Shown: positions 37,798 through 49,935 of the stretch, one piece after another
Layout: each line of letters begins with the position of its first letter
Position numbering within the stretch: the stretch's first letter is position 1
NCBI GenBank assembly: GCA_028534125.1
Contig: CM052817.1
Coordinates: 67,954,001-68,018,000, forward strand
Length of the DNA stretch: 64,000 nucleotides
Direction of reading: 5' to 3'
Origin: Lama glama
Lineage: Eukaryota
Made by a program: the position numbers and the translations under genes
Notes under the pieces: generated by a model
Told to the model about the DNA's origin: nothing
Database searches by the model: none
The model's input: the letters and a program-made list of their open reading frames with translations, nothing else

Positions 37798-40510
37798 CTT
37801 AACAATGATCAGGTGGGATTTATTCCAGGGATGCAAGAATGGTTCAACATCTGCAAAATCAATATGATAACACCACATTAACAACACGAAGGATAAAAAT
37901 TACATGACCATCTCAATAGATTCAGAAAAAGCATCTGACAAAATTCAACATCCATATCCGGTAAAAACTTCTCTCAACAAAGTGGATTTAGAGGGAACAT
38001 ATCCTGACAATTTAATAAGGGTTATATATGACAAACCCAAGGCTAACATCGTACTCAGTGAAAAACTGAAAGTTTTTCTTCTAAGACCATGAACAATACA
38101 AGGATATCTGCTAGCCAGTCACTTCTATTCAACACAGTTATTAGAAGTCCAACCCAGAACAAATCAGAAAGAAAAATAAGACATCCAAATTGGAAAGGAG
38201 ATGTAAAACTGTCACTATTTGCAGATGACATGATATTACATATGTAGAAAACCCTAAAGACTCACCAAAAAACTTTTGGAACTAATACACAAATTCAGTA
38301 ATGTTGCAAGATACAAAATCCATATACACAGTCTGTTACATTTCTATACATTAATAACAAGTTACCAAAAAGCAAAATCAAGAAACCAATGCCATTTACA
38401 ATTGCATCAAAGAGAATGAAATACCTACGGCCAAACTTAACCAACGAAATAAGGAGATGACAGACCTGTGCACCAAAACTGTAAGACACAGATGAAAGAA
38501 ATTAAAGAGTACACAAATAAATGGAAAGACATTCCATGCTCAGAGACTGGAAGAATACTGCTAAAATTCCACACAACTCAAAATATACAGATTCACTCAA
38601 TCTCTTCAAAATTCCAATGGCATTTTTCACAGAAATAGAATAAATAATCCTAAAGTTTCTATGGAACCACAAAAGACTCAAAGAGCCAAAGCAGTCTTGA
38701 GAAAAAATAAAGCTGGAAGCATTACACTTCCTGATTTCAAACTATCTATATTACAAAGTGATAGTAATTGAAACATTATGGTGTTGGCATTAAAATGGAC
38801 ACTTGGATCTACTGGGAAAAAAATAGAAAGCCCAGAAATAAATTCACACATACACAGTCAATAAATTTACAACAAAGGAGCCAAGTATATACAGTGGGAA
38901 AAGGTTAGTCTCTTCAATAAAAGGTTTTGGGAAAACTGGACAGCCACAGGCAGAAGAATGAAACTGGACTCCTACCTTACACCATACATAAAAATCAACT
39001 GAAAATGAGTTAAAACTTGAAGGCCTAAATTCATGAAATTTTTAGAAGAAAATATAGGCAGTAAGCACCTTGGCATCAGTCGTAGCCATGAGATTTTGGC
39101 ACAAAAGCAAAGGCAACAAAAGCAAAAACAAATGGGGACTACATCAAACCAAAATGCTTCTGCACAGCAAAGAAAATCATCAACAAAATGAAAATGTAAG
39201 CTACCAAATGGGAGAAAATAGTTACAAATTGAGTATCTGATAATGGGTTCATGTCCAAAACATATAAAGAACCCGTACAACTCGATAACAAAAACCAAAC
39301 AGAAACAAAAGAAAAAATTTAAAAACCCAAACAATTCAATTAGAAAATGGGGAGAGACGATTCTGAGCGCATTTTCCAAAGAAAACATACAAATGGCCAA
39401 CAGTACCATGAAAAAAGATGCCCAATATCACTAATCGTTAGAGAAATGCAAATAAAAACCACAATAAGATATCCCTTCACACCTGTTAGAATGGCTGTTA
39501 TCAGAAAGACAAGAAATCACAAGTGTTGGGAATGATATAGAGGCAAGGGAATACTCGTGTACTGTTGGGGGAATGTAAATCGATGCAGCTACTATGGAAA
39601 ATAGCATGGAGAGTTCTCAAAAACCTTAAAATAGAACTACCATATGATCCAGCAATTCCACTTCTGAGATTTATCTGAAGGAAATAAAATCACTATTATT
39701 GAAGAGATCTTTGCACCCCCAAGCTCATTCCAACAGTATTTACAACAGCCAAGACATGAAAACAATCACCGTGTCCATTAAAAAATGAAGGGTAAAGAAA
39801 ATATGGTCTATACCAACAATGGAACATTATTCAGTCATAAAAGTGAAGGAAATCCTGCCGTTAGTGACCACATGGAAGGACCTTCGGGGCATTATCTAAG
39901 TGAAAGAAGTCAGACAAAGACAAAGATTAAGTGAGTTCACTTAATCTGTGGACTCTAAAAAACATGAAACTCATAGATACAGAGAACAGATTGGTGGTTG
40001 CCAGAGGCAGGGGCTGGGAGTTGGGAGAAATGGGCAAATGTGGTGAAAAGGTACAAACTCTCAGTTATAAGATTAAAAAGTACTGGATATAACATACAGC
40101 ATGGTGGCTATTGTTAACAATATCGTATTTTTTAAAGTTGCCAGGAAGAGTAGATCTTAAAAGTTTTCATCACAAGAAAGAAAAAGTATATGTGATGACA
40201 GATGTTAATTAATTAAACTTATTTTGGTAATCATATCTAATATACACATATATCAAATCATTACATTGTATACCTAAAACTAATACAATGTTATATATTA
40301 ATTATATCTCAATTCAAAAAATAAGTTAAAGAAGTATTATTGTTCATTTTGCTTTCTAACTATCTACGGTGAGTATATGCAAGAGCCATTAATCTTTGTA
40401 AATTTTATAGCCAGTCATTTAACTTACCTTTTATCAGCACTAGTAGTTTTCCAGTGATCAGCTGCAATTAGTAGTTATACTGTTTAAGTCTTTTTATTTA
40501 GCTGTATTTA

Positions 40511-40686
40511 AGGTAGCCAAACAAAATGAAGGATCAGAATATTTTTGTTCATTTAAATAACAGATAACTAAGTATTTCCCATGAGACATTTTAGACATCC
40601 TAATACTGAAAAATTACTTTTGTGTTTCTGAAATTCACATGTAACTGGGTATCCCACATTTTTATTTGCTAAATCTGGCAAGTCTA
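40511..40686 (-). mobile_element. MER53 palindromic hAT MITE
   Basis: 'ctgaaattcacatgtaactgggtatcccacatttttatttgctaaatctggcaagtcta' matches the recalled MER53 terminus. The left arm is more decayed. Confidence 0.75.
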
Positions 40687-40705
40687 GTTGCACTGCTAGC
40701 ACTAA

Positions 40706-40870
40706 ATGAATCATGCCAAATAACACTGATGATATATATATATATATGTATATAAAATATATATATAAAATATTTATATAAATGATATAATATAAAATAT
40801 ATATGAATCATGCCAAGTAACACTGATGATATACATATTAAAATACATATATAAAATATAGAGTATATTT
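40706..40870. repeat. ~97-bp tandem duplication containing (TA)n low-complexity sequence
   Basis: atgaatcatgccaa(a/g)taacactgatgatata at 40706 and 40803. Confidence 0.9.
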
Positions 40871-41224
40871 TCTATAAATATATATTATAGCATTACTGTA
40901 TTATTTATTTTACTAAGAATGACTCTACAGTGTTTCTCTAAATACTTTAACAACTGCTGATTTTAATATTATAAGTTCAGCAGGGTTAGGAACCACTCAC
41001 AAATTCATAAACTCAATCTCAGTCCCGTGCCTGTTACATAACATGTGTTCAGATACTGGCTGAATAAATGATAGATATGCTTTGTTATGTTAGCCAAGTT
41101 TAATAAAGGCAAAATCACATAGTTTAAGTTTTACTATTTTGTAAAGCTATGTTGGGATGTGTAACTCAGTTAGCAAACAAAACATGGATACATAATCAGA
41201 TGTGAAATAACACAGAAGCACTCA

Positions 41225-41480
41225 ACAGCAATTAAGAGTTTAGGTTCTAGAGTTACACTGCTTTGGGTCACATCTCACCTCCATTTTTTTTTTTTACTGA
41301 CTGCCTGAGTCTCAGCAAGTTTCCTCTGAGCCTCAGTTTGTAAAACGAGAACAATGACAGTATCTACCTCGGAGTTAATATGAGGATAAATTTGGTAAAT
41401 TTGAGGTAAATATTAGCATAGTGTCTGGCACAGAGCATTTAATGAACGCCACCTAACCAAAGAAGTTACTATAACTACTC
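41225..41480 (+). mobile_element. MIR SINE
   Basis: 'ctctgagcctcagtttgtaaaacgagaacaatgacagtatctacctc...ttagcatagtgtctggcacagag'. Confidence 0.8.
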
Positions 41481-41665
41481 TTTATTCAACACTCAGCCAG
41501 GGCTAAGCACTCTTCTAAACATTTTCCAGGTTATTTTCAGTTTAAATAATAAAATAGCAGCATTCCCCTTATAGAAGCCATTCTCTTTAGTAAGAGGAAC
41601 AAGGAAAATGATTTAACTTTTTCAGAAGTTTGTAAATTGGTAATAGAAGACTTAGAAAAGCTGAA

Positions 41666-42455
41666 CCAGTGATTCCCAAATTCCTGGTGTTCCTGAGACC
41701 TGGAGCATCTGTATTACCATGTGTGTTAATTCTCTATTGCTGCTGTAACAAGTTGCCACAAATTTAACGATTAAAACAACAGAAATTCCTAACTCACGGT
41801 TTCTGTAGGTCAGATGTCTGGACACAGCGGGGCTCGGGTGGTTCTCTGCTTAGAGCCTCACAAGGCCAAAACCAAGCTGTCCTCAGGGCTGCGCGTTTTC
41901 TCGAAGCTCTGGGGGTGAATCCACTTCCGGCTTGTTGAGGCAGTGATCAGAATTCAGTTCCTTGTAGGACCAAGGTCCTTGTTTCCTTGAACTACCGGAG
42001 GCTGCTCTGAGTTTCTAGGGGCCAAACTCGTCCTTGACCTGCAGCCCTCTTCCTCCATCTTCCAGGCTCACCAGGGCGGAGTGAGCTGCGCTTCAACCGT
42101 CTCCGACCGCTCCTTCCGCTTTCAAGGTCTCGCGTGACTACGCTGGGCCCGCCCAGATAATCTGGGATGAGCTCTTCCTTACAGTCAATTGATTGGGAAC
42201 CTGAATTCCATTTACAAAGTCCCTTCACAGCAGTTTCTAGACGGGTCTTTGGTTGAGTAACCCCGGCATGGGATTATTGGTGGAACAGCGTTAGTATTCT
42301 GCCTATCACGGGCGCGAACTTTTAGAAGTTCAGATTCTCTGGCCTCACCCCAGATTTACTGAACCAGGAACTCTCAACACGGGCCCAGCAATCTGTGGTT
42401 TAACTAGCCTGCCAGCTGATTCCAATTCCTGCGTGCTAATGTTCAAGAAGAGTTG
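41666..42455. mobile_element. MER5A-type hAT-Charlie MITE split by an MLT1 LTR
   Basis: Left piece 'cagtgattcccaaattcc...gcatctgtattacc'. Right piece 'ttagaagttcagattctctggcctcaccccagatttactgaaccaggaactctc...cccagcaatctgtggtttaac'. Confidence 0.7.
41722..42310 (-). mobile_element. MLT1D/E-type MaLR solo LTR, CpG-rich copy
   Basis: 'ctattgctgctgtaacaagttgccacaaatttaacgattaaaacaac...cagaattcagttccttg...tattctgcctatcac'. Confidence 0.88.
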
Positions 42456-43150
42456 AGACAGGTGGAAGGGTTAAAGCGCATGGTTCGATTTCAAAACTTA
42501 AAGCCAAGAAAGTCTGTTCTCAATTTTAAAGTGAATCCCCGAGAGGAATTTACTTGAATACATTCTTCTATAATACATCATTATATTAATTACACCAACT
42601 ATTAATGACACTGGTTACATTCAATGGTGATGAGACTCAATTTAATTTTTAATGGATATGAATGAAATTTTTGTTTCCCCAAACAGAAAAAAATTTGTTT
42701 TGATATCTTCCCAAAAAAGAGTGTAGTTTAAGGGGGAAAGTTCTTAATCATGGAGGATAATGTGTAATTTGGAACACCTGAGGAACTCCAACCAAGCGCC
42801 TAGAAACCCCTTTATCTCTGGATAGTTAGAAGGTTTTGCAGGCACCACCCATCACTTATTCATCATCTGCCTTGATTTGCAGTTTTTTCATTTCTTCTGA
42901 CTTCTGAAGTCTGAATTCTAACTCTCGAGTGAAACGAGATTGATGCAGGAGAAATGAGGGGACGAGGGGCAAAAGGAAGAGGAGACAAAAGCTGGCTCTA
43001 GAAAACAAGTCTTCGGTTTGGTTTCTCCTTGGCCAGATTGTGTGCACAGTCTGCAAATGTAGGCCAGACGGGAATTATTTCCTGACTAAAACATTTGAAA
43101 CAAACCCTTTTATCTTACATAACTATATTAATGTTCTCCAGACATTTTTA

Positions 43151-43433
43151 AAAATGAAGTACAGTGGATTTACAATGTTTTGTGTTAGTTTCAGGTATAC
43201 AGCAAAGTGATTCACTCATACATTTATACATTTCCATATTCTTTCCACTGTCGTTTATAATAGGATATTAAATATAGTTCCCTGTGCTACACAGTAGGAC
43301 CTTGTTGTTTATCTGTTTTATATATAGTAGTGTGCATCTGCTAATCCCAAACTCCCAGTTTATCCTTCCCCACTCTCTTTCCCCATTAGTAACCATAAAT
43401 TTTTTTTTCTATGTCTATGAGTCTGTTTCTCTA
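43151..43433 (-). mobile_element. Young 5'-truncated L1 3' end, antisense
   Basis: Reverse complement of the same 3' UTR as the 7.0 and 51.2 kb copies. TSD cagacattttta at 43139-43150 and 43434-43445. Confidence 0.93.
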
Positions 43434-43867
43434 CAGACATTTTTAAAATGAAAAACGAGTAATGTGGCATAAAACCTCTTTGCAAATAAAATGGAAAAGA
43501 TTGACATAGCTTCTCTAGTCTGTAACATAATACACTTGCCTAGGTCATAATGGCCCATCACCATGTAAATTTGCCTACTGTCTGTGAAATTTGGGGCTGT
43601 GCAATCACAGCTATATATTGAACTTGACAGATGAATCATTATAGGATGCTTTCTTGAATTTCACTGTATACATCTTGAAAAAAAAATCTACCAAAATCTC
43701 AGGGGACTTTGGCCATATCATCAATTCCTTTTAACATATCTTATACTATAGGATCCAGATTCTGGTCGAGCTCAAAAGTCATCACATTACTAGCCTTCTA
43801 CGTCCACAAGTGTAGTTGAACTCGTTTTCATAATTGCTAGAGACTCATTAAACTAGTCTATCATGAT

Positions 43868-44206
43868 TGCTAGAGACTGGAGGTTTGTGCCCCCTCAAAT
43901 TCATATATTGATCCCTAATGCCCAATGTGGTGGGGTTTGGAGGTGGGATCTTTGGGGTGTGATTAGGTCAAGAGTGTGGAGCCCTCAGGAAAGAGATTAG
44001 TGCCCTTATAAAATAGACCCCAAGTATGAGGACATTGAGAAGACAGCCATCTATGAGCCAGGAATTAAGCTCTCATCAGTCACTGAGTCTGCCGGTGCTT
44101 TGATCTTGGACTTAGCAAGACTCTAGAACTCCGAAATAAATTTCTGTTGCTTATAAGCCACTTCACCTATGGCATTCTGTCATAGCAGCTTGAGTGGACT
44201 GAGACA
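43868..44206 (+). mobile_element. MLT1A-type MaLR solo LTR
   Basis: TG...CA ends, 'caaattcatatattgatccctaatgcccaatgtgg...aataaatttctgttgcttataagcc', TSD atgat/attat. Confidence 0.88.
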
Positions 44207-46029
44207 ATTATGTTTGTTTCGTTGTGTTTAAGGTTTCTTAAATGCCCCAAACAACTCTCCACCACTAGCCCCAAAAGCTCAAGAAAGCATTCCAGTAAAA
44301 CACCCAGCAGAAGCAACTGTAACACAGGTGTACATAGTGAAGCCTATGGGAGTGAGGGGCCAGAGATACGATGAAAATTGTTTAAGGACATGATCAAGGA
44401 GTGCGGTCCCTTCAATGTGTTTTTAAAAACATCCCCACTAAAAACAATATCAGAGCTAAACTTGCCACTTGAAGGGAGAGATTAGCTTAAAGTTATATAA
44501 AATAGTCTTTCATGCTACACTTTTCCTTTCCCTTGCACATTTCTGAAGCAGAAATAGTTACAATTCTATTTCAAGCTTTGAAAAAAAAAAAAAGGCTCAA
44601 CCTCATCCCCTGGCATTAGACCTGGTTTATCACTTCCCGCCTCAGGCATTCACACAGGAGCACTGCTGTTAATGTGGCCTGTCAGTAAATTGAGACTCTC
44701 AGAGTTAAGGGTTAATCAAAATAATTTAGGTGAAGCAGTTGACTCCTGGGAGAATCTGCGTCCTCATCAGAAGCTGGCTGCATATGAGAGAGGAAAAAGG
44801 GAAAAATAAAATGGTAAAAGCCACGGCTCTTTCAGCAGAAACCTCCTGGTCTCAGCTGGCACCCAGGCTCAATTACCGGCTTTTAGCTTAGTGGAAAGTC
44901 AAGCCTCCCCAAGCCCACTGGTGCTCTAGGCATTTTATTGGCTCATTAAATATAGGATTTTGCTTTTCAGCCCCAGCCAAATGTGATGTGCTGTCCACCC
45001 AGGAGGTGTGATGAGAGCTGGAAGAGCTGACATGCGCTTCCCTCGGCCCTGCGTGGCACGTCTCTCTCCCACGCCTCCTCTGCGCTTTATTACTATCACA
45101 GGATTCATGCAGAAATAACCAGTGAGAGGCTCTGTTCCAAACACTCAGACCTCAGTCCGTTCCTCAAAACGTATGTTTTCAGCGTGTGTCTGAGACCAAG
45201 TCACTTTGAAGTGTTTCCTACCCCGAATGGCTCTCAAAGTCGATGCCAATGAGGACTTAAGTATTATTCAAATAGCATTAATTAAGCAAACTCAGATGTC
45301 TTAAAGTCAGAAATTATCCATGAACGTGAGAAACCATTGGGAAGCTGCTTGAGGAGATTGGGAAAAGTCGAGAAGGGTTTTGGCCTCAATTATTCATCAC
45401 AATTAAGGATAACTTACTCTCTAGGTTAATCTTGTGCATAACAAACCAACTCATTTTGCAACAGTGACCTGTTCTGTGTGTGCACAGGGTTGGACTGTTA
45501 ACAGTTAAAATAAGTCAATACAATGCAAGTGGCGGAGAATGCAGAGAAATTTACGCAGTCTCTGCTCACCTCCCAGCCGCCCCTGGAGGCTCCTGCCTCT
45601 CTCTTCCGGATTCTTCCTTCCTCTTTTCGCAGTAAGCAGCTTAGAAACACTGAAGACATGTCTAAAAACAACCTGCTTCACCATTTGCCACACACATAAT
45701 CCTCCTAGATTATGTAACAAATGATGATGAGTATTTATATAAAACAATAGACATATGAATGAAGTTGTGGTAGAAATGCATGCGTTCACAGGGCTCTGCT
45801 GGCACTCTAAAGTGAACGAACACTCACTTGATGAACCCGCGAGAGCAGTCTGATAATATGTTAAGGCCCCAAAATAGGTTTATACCTTTTAGCTGAGGGA
45901 TCCCACCTCGAGGAAGTTATCTGAAAAGAAATAAATGTGCGGAAGAGAAAATTCATATACTGGAACTTATGTAAAAAAAATTCCTGAGCCCTGTTTGGCC
46001 CTGTGCTAAATACTTATCCCGCAAAGATG

Positions 46030-46660
46030 AATAGGAAATTGTCTTCAGTTATGAACTTCAACCCCTTCACTATCTAGTAGGGGAAGACAGGGACATAAAT
46101 AATTACAACACGAGGAAAAAAACACACTGCCTGAGATCTGTGCTAGGTGGAGCAGTTGGTAACACAGAGGAGGTGGGAGCAGAAATAAAGGAGCGTTTAT
46201 TCCATACATATTGTAAGTCTGTGCTAGGTTCTGAGGACAAGAAGTAAGCAAGATGGATGCCCACAGTGTTGTAGTGATTCCAAGGGAAAGGGGTGGTGTA
46301 GGCCACGGCTCACAAGGGATGAAGTGGCCTCATATATTTGGGGAACCCAATGCAATATGGTATTTCTGGAGCACTGAGGCAAGGATTCAGGTAGAGGGAG
46401 TGAAGAGAGCAGAGAGGCCAGGCTGTGGGAAACTTGGTCAAAAGGGGTGCTGAGACTTTACCCTGTACATGATGCATAGGATCACTGAAGGATCTGAAGG
46501 ATTGACAGAGTCAGATCTGCATTTTACAAGGTGATTCTGTTGCCAGTGTGGAAAATGAGTTGGGTTGGGGCAGGGATGAGCAGCAAGACTGGAGGCAGGG
46601 AGACCAAAGAGGAATCTACTGCAATAGCGCAGATGAAGAATCACGAGGGCTTGCACTAGG
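46030..46660 (-). mobile_element. L2 relic
   Basis: 'gactttaccctgtacatgatgcatagg...tcagatctgcattttacaagg...ctggaggcagggagacca...ctactgcaatag'. Confidence 0.75.
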
Positions 46661-47169
46661 TTAGTGCCACAGGGGCCAGAGATCTGCGCGGTAGGCCTTG
46701 GACATTCTCCAGGGGATCGTCCTGCAAGTGCCCAACCTGATGAATATGGTGGTGTCTACAGAAGTGCCTGGTTTCTCCCAATAACTTTCCATTTCCATTT
46801 GGAGATTCCGATCCTGTGTCTGTCTAAAAACCATAAGTTAAATAACTAAATTTTTTATTAAATCTTTCTCTTCCACTTCAGCAGCTTTTGCACTCAAACT
46901 GGAATGCCCGTAGCAATCCTTTCACCGTGATAAATTCAACTGTGGTGCTGATCTGAACCACCTGCCAAATATGACAGTTGCCTCTTCAGTCTATTCCGGA
47001 TGATTTTCCTAGTCTGTTTTCTCTTTCTCTTCACCTCTGTCATTAGCAATAAGCAAGTAAGTATAAAGTTCTTTATAGAATCGTATTTCATAAGAAATAA
47101 GGTATTGTTTTCTTCCCTGCAAATGCTAGGACAAGAAAGGAACCATAAAGCTGAGTGTGAAGGCAGGAT

Positions 47170-47325
47170 GAGTTTGGGAAGAGCTGGAAGCAGTGACTCA
47201 CTTCTGAATATTAGCTTTATAACACCTTACATTAGGTTTTGCCTCAGAATGTAATGAAATGATGTTTGTAAAGCAGTCAGTACAGTATCTGGTATAGAGG
47301 AAATATTCAGAAAGTGTTTAGCAAA
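47170..47325 (+). mobile_element. MIR relic
   Basis: 'taatgaaatgatgtttgtaaagcagtcagtacagtatctggtatagagg'. Confidence 0.6.
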
Positions 47326-47436
47326 GCCATGTAATTTAAAGTCATGCAACTGATTAATTTTTTTCAGTTAATGGATAAGAAACCTCTACCTCAGGTCAAA
47401 AGGATTTTAAATACAATTTCAGAATACATACAAATA

Positions 47437-48313
47437 CACATGAAAACATGCCCAATATAACTAATTATCAGAGAAATGCAAATCAAAACTACAGTGAGGT
47501 ACCACCTCACACCAGTCAGAATGGCCATCATTTAAAAGTCCACAAACGATAAATGCTGGAGAAGATGTGGAGAAAAGGGAACCCTCCTACACTGTTGGTG
47601 GGAATGTGGTTTGGTGCAGCCATTATGGAAAACAGTATGGAGATTCCTGTAAAAATTAAAAATAGACTTACCATATGATCTAGTAATCCCACTCCTGGGC
47701 ATATATCTGGAGGGAATTCTAATTCAAAAAGGTACATGCACCCCAGTGTTCATAGCTACTATTTACAATAGCTAAGACATGGAAGCAACCTACATGTCCA
47801 TTGACAGATGACTGGATAAAGAAGTTGTGGTATATTTATACAATGGAAAACTACTCAGCCATTTGCAGCAACATGGATGGATCTGGAGATCATCATTCTA
47901 AGTGAAGTAAGCCAGAAAGAGAAAGAAAAATGCCATATGATATCACTCATATGTAGAATCTGGGGGGAAAAAAAAAGACAAGACACAAATGAACTTACTT
48001 ATAAAACAGAAAGAGACTCACAGACATAGAAAACAAACTTATGGTTACCAGGGGGTAAAGGGGGTAGAAGGGGATAAATTGGGAGTTCGAGATTTGCAGA
48101 TACTAACTAATATATATTTAAAATAGACAAATAACAAGTTTATAGTATAGCACAAAGGGACTATATTCAATATCTTGTAGTGACCTATAATGAAAAAGAA
48201 TATGAAAAGAATATACATGTGTATCTGTATGACTGAAACATTATACTGTAAACCAGAAATTGACACAACATTGTAAACTGACTACATTTCAATAAAATTT
48301 TTTTTAATTAAAA
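47437..48313 (+). mobile_element. Young 5'-truncated L1 (ORF2 end and 3' UTR)
   Basis: Highly similar to the 26.3-kb copy. TSD aatacatacaaata / aatgcatacaaata. Confidence 0.95.
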
Positions 48314-49084
48314 AATGCATACAAATATACAAAAATAAAGGTTTTGATACACAGGTATCAAAAAGCATATGTTAAAAACAATATCATGTACTAATACATA
48401 AGGATGCCCAAGATCACTGTTAAGTAGAGAAAGAACAAGCTGAAGACATGCATGACCTTATTTGTATAAAAAAAAATAACAATTCTGTCTCAAGAAAATG
48501 TCAAATTTTGCAACTCTTAAAATACCTCTTAAATTTTCAGAGTAAAGTGACGAAAAAATTCACAACTGTTTTAGGCAAAATACTCCTGTGTTACTGCCAG
48601 GGTAACATGGTTCATACAGCCCTACAACAGTTTTGAAGTCTTTTGCTGGCAACACAAGTTCTCATGCTGAGAGTCACTAGGGATGATGCGAAGTGATTTC
48701 TCAGTTGCTGCTGAGGTATTTTCAAGGCCTTGCTCTATAAACACACGTATTCCCAGAGGGCTGTTTTTGTTTCTGATTGTTTAATCTTTTAAGAGTTTAT
48801 ATATCAGTCAAATGTCATTTAAAGTCACTGGGATTCGTGCAAATTGAAGGTTTTACACCTATTATAAAAATAGAGGTTACTACTTACAATGAGAAAATGT
48901 GAATAGGTCATCTCTACTAAGAGGCTACTTCACCAGAGGGGAAGCATCAGAATGACGTTGCTAATATTTAGGAGTCAGGTTTGAAATGTCCCTCAGTAAG
49001 ACAGACATGATCTGGGGCAAGAATTCCTCGAAGTGCAAATGGACAAAACGGAGAGCAGTACAGCTGAAGTCTTGCTGCTGGAAG

Positions 49085-49350
49085 GACAGTCTTCTAACCA
49101 GCAGCCTCAACATCACCTTGGAGCTTGTTAGAAATACAGAATCTCAGGCTCTACCCCAGACCAACTGAATCAGAATCTGCAATTCATTTTATTTTTATTT
49201 TTACTTTTTTAAATGGAGATACTGGGGATTGAACATAGGACCTCTTGCATGCTAAGCTTTCTCTCTACTACTGAGCCATACCCTCCCCCATAATCTGCAT
49301 TTTAACAAGATCACTAGGTGATCTATAAGAATGTTAGCATTTGAGGAGGG
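49085..49350. mobile_element. MER5A MITE split by a SINE
   Basis: 'ccagcagcctcaacatcaccttggagcttgttagaaatacagaatctcaggc...actgaatcagaatctgca[SINE]ttttaacaagatc'. Confidence 0.85.
49186..49290 (-). mobile_element. tRNA-derived camelid-type SINE
   Basis: 'tggagatactggggattgaacataggacctcttgcatgctaag...ctgagccataccctcccc' with TSD aatctgca at 49174 and 49292. Confidence 0.9.
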
Positions 49351-49649
49351 CAGAGCTTAAATCAGTGGCTTGTTTGGTCATAGTCATTAACGTTTTTTTT
49401 CATGAAAAAACACTCCATATATTAATTTTTCTAAAAACTGTTTTTATTATTCACAGTACTCCAGTGTAACTATTCTGTTTTGATGACTTGAATATATATC
49501 TCTGACACTGCTGTTTTTCTTGTGGAAAATTTATTTGTATATATTTTTTAATGGCCCACTTTTAGGAAACTAATCATGACTTCAATTGAGAGAAGAAAAT
49601 ACTATAAGTGATGGACTTTAAAAGGAATGCAAGAGTAGTGCAAACCACA

Positions 49650-49935
49650 AAGTCAAGATTTACTGGGAGGCAGAATTGACACGACTGAGTGAAACTGGAT
49701 ATGGAGGCGAATGAATAGAAGAGGAACTGTGAAGAGTAACTCCTAGATTTCTGGCTTAGGCAGGTGGACGGAGGCTGGAACCCATTCACCAGTGGAAGAT
49801 GTATGGTTTTGGAAAGGAAAACCATATGTTCAATTATTGGACATGCTGAGCCTTGCACACTTTCCAGTTGGAGATGTCTAAGAGGCAGCTGGATACAGAG
49901 GTCAGGCTCAGGAAAGAAGTCTGAGTTAAGAAGCT
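49650..49935 (-). mobile_element. L2 relic
   Basis: 'gagtaactcctagatttctggcttagg...ttggacatgctgagc...ccagttggagatgtctaagaggcagctggatac'. Confidence 0.75.

Larger units (their letters stand above)
34292..40328 (+). mobile_element. Near full-length decayed L1 (5' UTR, ORF1, ORF2, L1MA9-like 3' UTR), spanning a gap
   Basis: 5' end 'gttctggttcaagagggtgatttaggaggctcctgaattc', ORF1 ~35500-36380, RT with FADDMI at ~38218, 3' tail. TSD aagtagcattattg (34278-34291) / aagaagtattattg (40329-40342). Confidence 0.95.

Noticed and set aside
42856..43056. Coiled-coil-like minus-strand peptide RELEFRLQKSEEMKKLQIKADDE after a pyrimidine tract
   Set aside because: No clean acceptor next to the tract, no GT donor, and the peptide is unrecognised.
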